64,000 nucleotides of DNA, taken from the NCBI GenBank assembly GCA_002104905.1, contig MCFE01000102.1:62001-126000 (forward strand). Reading direction: 5' to 3'. Position numbers and translations under genes: made by a program. Source of the stretch: Basidiobolus meristosporus CBS 931.73. Taxonomy: Eukaryota > Fungi > Basidiobolomycota. Shown one piece after another: positions 51,785-62,183 of this stretch (position 1 is its first letter; every line of letters starts with the position of its first letter). The notes under the pieces were generated by a model. That model made no database searches. It saw only the letters and a list, made by a program, of their open reading frames with translations, and was not told the DNA's origin.

Positions 51785-52327
51785 ATGGATTTTCGCAAAG
51801 TTCGTAGATGGGTGTCCAACCCCTTCGGTAGCAACCCGGAGAAAAGTCGGTTTTACAAGGCGAGAAGAGCAAATACCGACGAGCGAAGAAGAAACACAAT
51901 CTGTTTAGATTCCCGCCCGATCGCTGATCGTGGCTCAGTCGACCTTCCCCGGCCCGCGCCCATCATCATCCCTAATCCCACCCTTATTCCCTTCAACGAG
52001 GCAATCAGTCGGTCCTCGACCTCCTCCAGCCACCAAAGCCCACTGGCTACGCCCACCCCGACCGCCCCACCCAACTCCCCCGTCGACAACCTCGAACACA
52101 TCTTTCAGCTTCCCATCTCCAGCCAAAGCCACCTGGAGAACCCCAGCCGTACCCACGGCTACAAAACCAAGTTCTCTGGGAAACTCAAACGCATGAAGGG
52201 CATGTTGACGGGTGATTGGGAGATGCAGCTACGCGGTGAGATGCAGCTTCTGGATGGTGAAGCAGAGATCACCGCATACCGCCTGTTGAAGCATGGATAT
52301 CAACCTAATGAGATCGTCTGCGGATAG
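51785..52327 (+). CDS. 180-aa protein with a Pro/Ser-rich linker and a C-terminal CsbD-like motif
   Basis: Intronless ORF; KFSGKLKRMKGMLTGDWEMQLRGEMQLLDGEAE fits the CsbD-like G-x6-G-x2-TG pattern. Confidence 0.65.
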   Translation: MDFRKVRRWVSNPFGSNPEKSRFYKARRANTDERRRNTICLDSRPIADRGSVDLPRPAPIIIPNPTLIPFNEAISRSSTSSSHQSPLATPTPTAPPNSPVDNLEHIFQLPISSQSHLENPSRTHGYKTKFSGKLKRMKGMLTGDWEMQLRGEMQLLDGEAEITAYRLLKHGYQPNEIVCG

Positions 52328-52721
52328 ACAATGAATGGATGGGATCATCGTTGCCGCCTACATCTTCCGTATCATATTCCGTTACTATTACCATTACCAT
52401 TACCATTACTTTTACTACTTCCACTTTAATATAATGTAATCTTCCTCCCACCGCCGACTAATTAGAGCCATTTATTGGAACTTTCTGTGCTGTAATATAC
52501 GTTGTCATGTATTGTTTAATTGCTTTCGTCATAGTAGGTAGGCATCACTGAGCCCACTGGAATGTATCTAAATAAAGCACCGATCTATACATACGTCGCG
52601 TGGGGAATGGTTTGGAGGGATCGTTCGTTGCATAGAGAAATAAGGTGGCAAAGTCTATGAGTGGCTGTACAGGAATATTATTAACAGATTGAGTGATGGG
52701 TAGGGTTCAGCGGAAGCGCGG

Positions 52722-55392
52722 TCAACGTCTGGCATTGTAGAGTTGCCACGGCTGGGGTTGGACTTGGGCTTGGGACGGTAAGCCATACTTTGTTGCTTGG
52801 ATGGTGGTTGGTGGCATTGGCTGATACTGTACTGGGGCGAAATCTGCGATCTCTTGGGGAGCGAAGAGCGGCAGGTTGCCAGGCACAAACCCTCGTGGCT
52901 GTTGCGAGAGATCGGTTTCTTTTTTGGGCGATAGCGGCAAGGTCAGTGCGGAAGGAACATGGGAACCTTGATTGTTGAGAGCGACTGGGGAGCAAATGTT
53001 TCTAGAGTATTCGCCGACATACTCGTTCCACTCGTCGAAATTAAACGACAGTGGGACGTTCCATATAGGGGCGCCGCTAGTGTGGTCAAGCTGATTCATA
53101 AGGTGCTGATTGTTGACGGTCATCTCGCTTAATGTATTGGAGGGGGCGCTCGGGTCGAAGCCGACATTGGTGATTGTCTCGAAGGCGGCCTGCAATCCGG
53201 ATAACCTTGTTCCTTCGATCTGGTTGTAGGCATTCTCCTGAACGAGAGTAGGCTCTAGATGGAGAAGAATTGAGTTGCAAAGTCATATCAGCCAATTCGG
53301 ATCAATCTCAGTACCTTTAACCGTTGGAATATTGGTTTCCTCTTGCTTCAAGCGATCAGCCGTTGGGATGGGGCCTGGGATGTTTGCCGAGCCATGGGGA
53401 ATGGAATTGGGAATAGGGCAAGTCACGTAGCCCAAAGAGGGAGTCTGGTTTGCTGGAAGAGGCCCTTCGCCGGGGTATTTTGGTTGGCTTGCTTTGGCAC
53501 CTTGCAAATCTGCACTTGAATCAAGATCAGAATAAGCGGGATCTTGCTCAATCACTCCTTCCAAGGTGATGTTCCTCGCTATCAAGAGCTCCCTTATAAC
53601 GATGTAATACTTCCCAGCGCTGCCCCATCGTTTGCGGATCTTGCTCAGAAGAGACATGTTCTTGGAGAGGTTTTTCTTGGCCAAGCTCTTCAGCTGCTCA
53701 TCCTTCGTCGTCATGTTTGCCAGATGAACGGTGGCAGCAGTAAAGATCGGAAACAACACAAATACCAGGACCTCTTCAAGGCCGGATTCCCCTGAACACA
53801 TATGGGTGATGGCGGTTATACTGTTGGCTGACGTGGTACAGATTTGAAGCGATGGATATGGTGTAGCGCACACCTTGGAGTTCGGGTTGGGGATATAGGG
53901 CCGATGGAGCAGAACAAGAGCGCTGTGGTAGAGAACATGGAGATAAACAATAACATTCGAGGCAGGCTTCTTCCCGTTGAAGTATTGCTGTGGGTTGTAC
54001 TGGAGGTCGGGCGGTAGCTCAACAAGCCATTTATGTAAAGCAGAGTCGAGCTCAAGCAGAATCGCCTCACTCTTGAATGGGTTCTGCGTAGGGTGGGTTC
54101 GAATGGCATAGACATTGTTCATGATCCGACCGAAGATTTCGTGCAGCTTGATCACCTCCACAAACACATCCATACGGGTGCCGGATTCACACAGCTCCTC
54201 AGTGGGTATTTGAGGGAAGGAGGTGTCGCAATGTCGATCATCGATACACAATGGCCGGCCCATAGAGGCGCTAGCGCTGCGGTCCATCACGTAGCATGAC
54301 CACCAGGTCCTCTTTCGCGCTTCCTTTACCGAATCCGACAACGTTTTGATCTGCCACCGATCGGGGTTGCGGTGCAGGCCCAGATCTTCCGCAAGTCGTA
54401 TGGCCATCCCGCTATACACCCAGGATTTCATGCTTCCGTGTGTGATATGGAAGTAGTGCGACAACAAAACCAGGGCCTGAACGTTTTGAAGGGAGGTCAC
54501 ATCATACGACTGATCCAGCAATCTCTTGGCTCGTTTGTAGAAGATCTCCGAGCGAGCGTTCTCCTTCTCCAGCCACCGCGCTTCGGACGAGAGGTTCGCA
54601 GCCAAGGCAAACATGGCGTTAAGCAGCAGTAGGGGAAGCTCCTGTGCGTCGTTTCGGAGCTTCGCCGCGAACTCCTCTTTGTGCAATAACGGGATGATCG
54701 GATTAATATGCCTGAAGTAGATTTCTATCAAATGATCGAACACCGAGGACGATGGCTAAGACGAAAGGATTCAGCTCAGTATCCTTACTGTCGGGTGGGG
54801 ATTGGGTTAGAGGCTTCATACGGAACAGGCCATCTTGATATTTGGCACTGTTTTGCAAAAGGTAAAACCCGGAGCTAAAACCCATGTACCGCACCCTTCC
54901 TTGGTCTTCTAGAGTTAGCTGATTCGCCTCGTCGCTCAGTGCCTCCATGACAAGGTCCCAAACGCCTCTGCCTTCGGTGCTGCTGGCACTGGACTTCTCC
55001 GACTGGGTGATGGTTTTCAACCTCTCTTCGTCCCTCTTGCGAAGTTCGTGAAACTCCGAAGGCCTGGCACGACTTGCCAGACGCAAACGAACATCGTCTA
55101 AGCCTTCGACCTTCTGAAGCTCATTCAGAACACATTCAGCAGCGCGTGGGTCGCTCTGGACCAAGCCACTCAGCAGATGTTCTAATCGATGAAGTTTGTT
55201 TTCGATGGCTTCTATGTATCCTTTTGGAGGGCCTCTCTTCCTGGTTGTTTCCAGATATGTACAGTCGAGGGATAAGGCACCGCAGTTCGAACAGGTGGGC
55301 TGTAGGCCATCGCAGCGGACCTTTTTCCGTCGGCAATTATCACAGGCTTTGCTGACTCGCTGTCGCTTTTGAGCGTCTTCTGGAAAAGACAT
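52722..55392 (-). CDS. Zn(II)2Cys6 transcription factor with a fungal-specific TF domain; apparent +1 frameshift near 54756
   Basis: ACDNCRRKKVRCDG..CSNC..C cluster; LIEIYF..PLLH, AIRLAEDLGLHR and RKRTWWSCYVMDR motifs; intron near 53240-53310; C-terminal WNVPLSFNFDEW. Confidence 0.9.
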
Positions 55393-56123
55393 TTCAAAGC
55401 TGCTAAACGGACAATTTTAGGGATGAGGGGTAGTGTGCTAAGTTCTGGGGAAACCGGTGAAATAGTGGTGGTCTATGAGGAGAGAAAGGGAGCCCACCCA
55501 TGACCCAATTCGCTTAAATAAAGCGGATATCAGGATGTGCATGTGGGGATATCCAGTAATACGAAACCGAATCATTTTGGTGCCCATATATACACCCATA
55601 CATACACCCATATATACACTCATACATACTCACGAGGTCCGACTTACAAATACACTTGATATAGATGGCTCGATTATCGGGGTCTTTCGAATCCTTCTCA
55701 GCACATCATGCTTTGAATGGAGATCTGATTTCACTAATCCCAAGGAAGCTATGTCTGGGATATTTCATGGCCCAACAAGGCAGTTTGGCTTCATCCATCT
55801 GCCCTCTATGATGGAATGCACGTAACACAAGGATGATGAAACCACCTCAGCTTTCCAATAGGATTTGATCATTTGATCTTGCCCACGGGCTAGTGATATT
55901 TGCAATTGTGCTGAGCATGCGAATATTCCCGATGATCCATGCAAGGTCCTATTTGGGCAGTGGACTGTTGAAATGGTTTATTGAGTTGCTAGGTCTATTG
56001 AGGGTCTAGGATTTCCTGGTAACAAGTGGCTAGCGGTTGATGTCCATCCAGGAAACGTAGCGGGAATTGGCATAGCCTGGTTGTGGCCATTAAATATTAC
56101 AGCAGATATAGACACGCCTCCTC

Positions 56124-58358
56124 TTAATTGTAAAGCGGAGTTGCTGTTCGATGGCTTTGGGCTCTAGAGCCGAGGTTAGATAAGAGACAGTTTTCACAGC
56201 AGATTAGGTGGTTGGTTTCGCTAAACGGCATCTCGGCGCCGATCACCTTTTTACATATTCCACAGAGAAAGCACTGAATGGTGAGTTAGGGTCAAGTGGT
56301 TAGAGGGCAAGCATGTATCCATCAGTAGTTATCTCACATGTACGAACCCCACAATGATATGTCAAAGGGCCTCGGGTTACATATGGCCCATTGATCTGCT
56401 CCTGGCATGCTTCACAGAGGGGTCTTTGTACGCACTAGGAACAGTCTTGGTTAGCTTATTCGCGACGTCGCCCGCTGGTGCATCTTACGAACCTGTAAAT
56501 GATAGGGCGCGCCATCCTTGGTTACGAACGCCCCATCCTCGAACTCCTCATAGCACAAAGCGCAAGTAAAGCAAGAAAGGTGATATCTCGAACCGTCGGC
56601 CAGTTTCAACCAGGATTCTCCAATAGCCTTGGCGCACTTGCTGCACCTGTAGGCATTGGATGGATTGGATATAGAGGCGGAGCTTTTCACCTCGGGAGTG
56701 CACTATAGATCGGATGTTAGCCAGAAAGGGTGGTGGGATCATGGTCGATGGCGTTCGTGCTCTACCTTACGATGATAGAACTTCCCACTGAAATTGATGT
56801 ACAACCCATCTTCGAATTCCAAGTTGCACCCTTCACAAACAAAACACTCTGGATGAACAGCCTCTCCTCCAGGCAAGCTGTACCACGAGTTCCGAATTGG
56901 ATCGCTACATTTCTGGCAGACTGTTGATTTGGAGATATGACTGCCAACATCCTTCAGCTTAGAGTCGCTTAGGGGTGCTTTGTGTTGGGGTTTGCAAGAT
57001 GAACCGATGTCATGTTCAAGTTTAGAGTCACCTGGAGGGGTTTCGAGCCTGGGTTTTGTACATAAATCGGTATTCCGGTCAAACTTGGTGTCACCTTGGG
57101 GTGCTTCATATTTGGGTTTAGAGGATGAATCAATGCTACGGTCAAACCTAGAGTCGCTTGAGAGTGCTCCGTGCTTGGATTTAGAATGCGAATCGGCATT
57201 GTGGTCAACTTTCAAGTCACTTCGGGGTGCTTGATGTTTGAGTTTCGAGGATGAATCGAAGCTGCGATCAAGCGTAGATTTGCATGTCTGGTTGGCCCGA
57301 TGCCTTTTGAAGAAGTCGGATTGCGCAAAGGTACGAGCGATATTGATACTGGTGGAAGCAGCCGGGTATGCCTCCGGCCTTTTGTGGTCGAACAGCGAAG
57401 TAACTTTGGAGGCAACCTGCTGTTCTTGTGTGGGGCCCTGAGAGGGCAGGAATATGGAATGAGGTGAGGATGCAGAATGAAGTGCTTTGAAGGCAGGCGA
57501 GGAGCTGTACTCATTGGCTGGCGTTTTGTGAGGAATACTGTGCCTCGTGGATGTACTGGAGGTATACTGGTTACGGTAGAAGCGGCCGATCTAATTGTAC
57601 TGGTTGATTTGCTAGGAGAAACGCTTGAAGATCGTAAGCCACTCTGTGTTACCTGAGTTGAGGAAAGAGCGGCCTCTCTATGGGGGAAGTTCTGATGTGC
57701 GGGCGAGGGACTGAGGGATTTTGATGGGCTATTTGACATGAGGCTGGAAGGGGTTGTTTTGATAAATCGATACAGTGCCTCTGGCTTTGGTCTTTGTTTG
57801 GACTCGGCGGGTTTGCTGGTTCGCTTTGGGTTGAACCGCATTGTCGATGGAGGGGCAGTTCGAAGTCGTGCGTTTGGTTCTGAATGATTCTCCGAGAATT
57901 GACTCAATCGCGAGGGAGCCGGCGACAAGGAATACAGGGAGCTGGAGGTGGAGCATGTGCTCTCGTGAAAGCCTGATTTCACAAAGCATCCATCACAGCA
58001 TGGCAGTCCTACCATATCTACCAAGGGGTCCTCGATCAACATCCCACAATGACGACATTTCAGGCAGTCCTGATACGAATTTGAGTATTCTGTGGTGGCA
58101 CGGCTGAAGAGTGTACCAATGATTGAAACATACTTTGTGCCAAACCTTCCGCTTGTACTGGAACAAAGGGGCCCCCCGTCGACCACACCATGCAGTTGCA
58201 TTCTTCGCTAATGATGATTAAATATGAGAGCCGGCACCTAATCTATTTGGTGGAGGCTGCACCCACCATTGACCCTTTCCATACTCCTGTATGTAGCACT
58301 CGTTACACTGTTGTGGGCCGTATTTTCGACTGTTTAGCAACGGCTCCTGGTACTGCAT
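56124..58358 (-). CDS. Multi-LIM-domain (paxillin-like) protein, spliced
   Basis: Three C-terminal LIM domains (CQKC..HPECFVCEGC; CSKC..HLSCFTCALC; CEAC..H..CFLCGIC..C..C), an N-terminal Cys-rich region and a Ser-rich middle. 5' exon structure is approximate. Confidence 0.8.
56967..57281 (-). repeat. Five 63-bp (21-aa) coding tandem repeats in the LIM protein
   Basis: DSRFDRSIDSSSKPKYEAPQG / DTKFDRNTDLCTKPRLETPPG / DSKLEHDIGSSCKPQHKAPLS and two further units. Confidence 0.85.
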
Positions 58359-59588
58359 AATGGTAAGAGTCAATGACAAACGTTCCAAGCTCATGGCAAC
58401 AGAAATAGTGAAATGACTCGGCCCACTTTTTTCAGGTCCACTCCGCAGGCATAACAATCGGTCGTGGGGGCCAGATCGGTGGTGACCATCCGACGGATAT
58501 TGGACTTCTCCACTGGCTTTTTAAACGCGATATCTACATATCTGGGCGGAAGAGTTAACTACCCCTTGTGGGGAAAGCAGGTTCACCATCCGAAGCAAAC
58601 AAACCTAGAAACCCAGGGATCTCGACGAGAAGAGGCTTCAGAATGGCCACTGGTCGCTGACTCTATTGGACTTGGTGTGAGTTTCTCTTATTATGTGGGG
58701 CCTACTGAAACTACTCAAAGTCGAAGGTTACTCTAAACAGAACACGGCATACCAACAATCCTTCCACAACACCGGGGACATTTGTTGAGTTGGGATATTT
58801 CACCGCATCTCTGACAGAAACCCATTATTCGCCAGTGTACTCTAACGACAGGCGTTAGCAAGGAGCACAAGTTTCTGCGGCTTCAAGCCAAACATACCAG
58901 GTTAAGTTTATTTGGTGGTTACTCAAAGAAGGTTAATATGAAGCTAAGGCCTTTGTAAACAGGTTAAGGGGTTAAGGGCAGGATATTACGATGTGGGAAA
59001 AAGGAGCCACTCAAACTGTTTAATATCAAGGATTGCCGGTCTCAACCACCCCATTGACCATGGCGGACAATTTCCTACATGAAACCACAATCCCACTCAT
59101 GCCACGGAGATTGTGCGCACAATGAAGAATTTTCGTGGAGTGGAGCAATTGTTGACCATGAAACGGGACTGGCCACGGTCACAAACGATGCACCCTGGAC
59201 AATCAAATTGCCCATTGTCCCTCCAGATCACCAACATATTCAAACAGCCCAACGATCGTTGGATTAATCGAGTAATGAAGAGCGATGATTAATATTTGTA
59301 ACGAAAAGTAATGAATTTATAAAAGCATATTGTCATAAACAGTAGTGTCCATAATGTAGAATTAACGAAATATGTAAATGAAACGAATGTTCAAAACCCG
59401 AAAACTGATAAACCACGGATGCCCATGATGAATCTAAATAAGACTGATTGAAATTTACACTTGATTGTTTGCTTGATTTTAACTATTGATAGCTTAGTTC
59501 AATTAGGAGAGTGAGATATAGAGTGGATTCGTATAAACAGGTTGTTTTGTCAAGAGCAACCACATGTTAGGAGCGTTGTGTTGCGGGT

Positions 59589-60416
59589 TTACCGTCTGGT
59601 CAAAGCGCGATGTGCCTCTGCAAGTTGGTTCTCAAGATTCTTTATCCGCAATGAATATTCGACTTCCTTAGATTGTGCGTTGGTCTTTTCACTCTCCAGC
59701 ACCGCCAGCTTCATCTGGAGTTTAGAATTGTCTGCTTCTAAATCCGAGACCCGTTTCTCCAATGTTTCCATTTTCTGAACCTTGCGCATGCGCGAACGAC
59801 GAGCAGCATCGGTATTCTTCTTGCGCTTCAACGCCACCGGGTCGAGGCTGTTCTCATCTCCCGAAGTATCCCCGCTATCTCTTCTCTTCGTGGAAGGCGG
59901 CGATGATGACGGGGAATTCGATAGTTTGTTGGACTCTGCTTTGACTCGTATGGGATACAGATGTGGATTCGATGTTGGGTGATTTGAAACAAACGACATG
60001 ATGTCCTGTGAATTGGAATGCTGGCGATTAAGCATCGAGTCTGAATTCCCGGCTACATTGGAGTTGAGATCGGGAAAGAAGTTGAGAGCGCCCATTCCCA
60101 TTGGACTGTGTAGACTATTCAGAACCTGCTGGTCAAAAAGAGGCGCATCCATTACGTTCATACCGTTGCTAGGTAGGTTGCCGGGTATCGGAGATTGCAA
60201 ACTGAAGTCACCTATTGGAGAGGGAGCGGCGGAATTCGAGTGGAACTCGTTAACCCATGAATCGAAAAGTGGGCTGGAGTTCGGTGGGATCAATGGGACG
60301 CCGGAGAAATCCTGATTCAAAGGGCTAAAATCAGGATTGTTTGGCAGGGTTTTTGGCTTTTTTTCGATTACAGAAGGTTTGCGGAAGACTACTTCGGAAG
60401 TTGTCGCCGGAGGCAT
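59589..60416 (-). CDS. Gcn4/CpcA-like bZIP transcription factor
   Basis: DPVALKRKKNTDAARRSRMRK basic region followed by a leucine zipper, close to Gcn4 [21 protein letters not shown]. Orthology not proven. Confidence 0.9.
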   Translation of the reverse strand: MPPATTSEVVFRKPSVIEKKPKTLPNNPDFSPLNQDFSGVPLIPPNSSPLFDSWVNEFHSNSAAPSPIGDFSLQSPIPGNLPSNGMNVMDAPLFDQQVLNSLHSPMGMGALNFFPDLNSNVAGNSDSMLNRQHSNSQDIMSFVSNHPTSNPHLYPIRVKAESNKLSNSPSSSPPSTKRRDSGDTSGDENSLDPVALKRKKNTDAARRSRMRKVQKMETLEKRVSDLEADNSKLQMKLAVLESEKTNAQSKEVEYSLRIKNLENQLAEAHRALTRR

Positions 60417-60468
60417 GTTGAACGATTACGCGAAAAATACAGAAATTAGAGTGGGCTGTGGAGGCTTA

Positions 60469-60507
60469 CTAGATAGAGTGCGTTGGGAAGTGTGGATAGA
60501 ATGGCAT
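60469..60507 (-). promoter_or_regulatory. uORF (MPFYPHFPTHSI*) in the likely 5' leader of the bZIP
   Basis: The only AUG between ~60720 and the main ATG; its stop lies 52 nt before the main ATG. Confidence 0.6.
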
Positions 60508-61171
60508 ATAATAAGGAGGAATAGTCAGCCTCGAGTAGTAAGGTATATTCGCTACAATGGTCTCGTTGCGTTCTCGGAGTATGAAAAGCTTTCTAGGAAT
60601 TGAGACAGCCAGCCTGCTAGAGCTTATAACACAAAAATAGTCACCCAAGTTGACGATAGGCAAAAGGACCACAAGCACAAAAAGTAACACTTTACCGAAG
60701 TATCCCTTAATATATTTGTCTGGTCAAATTTTGGGGGAAGAAATGCTGATAGGGACCATCGCAGTGTCCAATCTCCTTCGAATGCTTATCCTTATGACCC
60801 AATAAGCATCTCGTAAGAATTAATAGGGGTTAAAATAGTGACTTTCGAGTAGGCTTTCGTGCGTGCCACAGTCCTAGGAATGGTGAAGGTTGAATGAGTA
60901 TCTGGGCTGTTCCCAATACCAATCAGCAAGAGATCAGAGCATGATAACAACTCATCTATCAATCGTGCAAATGATTCGTGTGCATGGAGGGGGCTATGAA
61001 ACTAAGAAGGAAATCCCGATGACAAACACAATTGATGGGATGGTCTGTTGCTGGGAAGGAATATTGCCTTGATCCCCACTCGGCTTAACCCGACCCAATA
61101 GGTTCATGGGTTCCCGAGCCTTGTCTTTCTTTGAATTCCGTTCACTATTGGATCAGTCATGATGACCCCGT

Positions 61172-61190
61172 ATGACTCATAATGAGTCAC
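61172..61190. promoter_or_regulatory. Double Gcn4/AP-1 site ATGACTCAT-A-ATGAGTCAC
   Basis: One perfect and one near-perfect 9-mer, 1 bp apart, about 760 bp upstream of the bZIP ATG. Confidence 0.7.
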
Positions 61191-62028
61191 ACTGGGATTG
61201 GAGCGATGGTGTGTTGGAAACGGATTTTGAAAAACACGTGGAGTGTCGCGGCTACTCTCCAAGGTGCGTTTCACAGAAACCCGGATGAATATTTAGCAGC
61301 GAATGCTACTTTGAGTTTTGGCAATGAACACCCGAAATACCTGAGGCAATTTACCCAATTTGAGAAGGTGCCATCTCATGTCGCACGACGAGTAGCAGAG
61401 CCAGCGCTATCTTCCATAAATGAAGGATTTGGCTCTTTTCAAATGCTTGTGACCTTGGTAGAAGATCTCTCTCAGCTTTTTGAGTCGACATGAGGTGCTA
61501 TATATGGATGAGAATGGGAAGAATAGGAAATTGCTCTTTGCTTTTCGTTGTTACCTCCGCATGTGACCATGGTTACGAGATCCCCCTCTCTAAACGCTAT
61601 TGATGTGGCATTCATTTGGGTTTAACTTGGGATCGATAAAGAAGGAAGAGGCTACGTATCGAATGATATTCCTGTATTACTTTAAAGGGACCAATTGCAG
61701 CCGAGTTTCTTCGAGATTCTGGCCAATGGTGGGCCTGGATTATATCATCCTTATCAATCGTTCGATATCCATTAGGCCCGCCAAGAGAAGGCAACCCAAG
61801 CGCTTTCGACATGGCACAAAAGATGCATCACTGGCGCCAGTTTGCTCATTCAAGGGTGGATTATATATTTCTCCGAGGTAGCTCTAGCCTATCCAAGAAT
61901 GCATCGGGATTTCTTCGTTCCTGAGAGATTGATCGCTCGCTTTGCTCTATCTATCTTCACAACCATGAAGATTGATTTGCAGTGGAGAAACAATTGGGTT
62001 TGGGGAGTAGACCGTTTCACATTCATAG

Positions 62029-62080
62029 CACATTTACAGCACATTCACAGCACATTCACAAGCCATGCATAGTGATTTGA
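62029..62080. repeat. 11-bp degenerate tandem repeat (CACATTCACAG) x4
   Basis: Directly visible in the intergenic region 3' of zuotin. Confidence 0.7.
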
Positions 62081-62183
62081 TTATCTTGCTGACAAAGGGA
62101 GAACATATCATACAACCCAGATGGGTACTTGATTGGTTTATTGCGGAGATGGCCAGTTGATAAAAGTATCCGGAAGCCAAATA

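Noticed and set aside
50098-55397. Many short antisense or alternate-frame ORFs over ARG2 and the Zn2Cys6 gene
   Set aside because: These are shadow ORFs expected in GC-rich coding DNA.
57899-57907. TGACTCA site
   Set aside because: It lies inside the LIM coding sequence and is consistent with chance frequency.
60417-60470. Non-AUG N-terminal extension of the bZIP, as in Neurospora cpc-1
   Set aside because: An in-frame TAA lies four codons upstream of the ATG.
61182-61493. 103-aa ORF as a gene
   Set aside because: No recognisable motif or supporting exon structure; its ATG is part of the AP-1 site.
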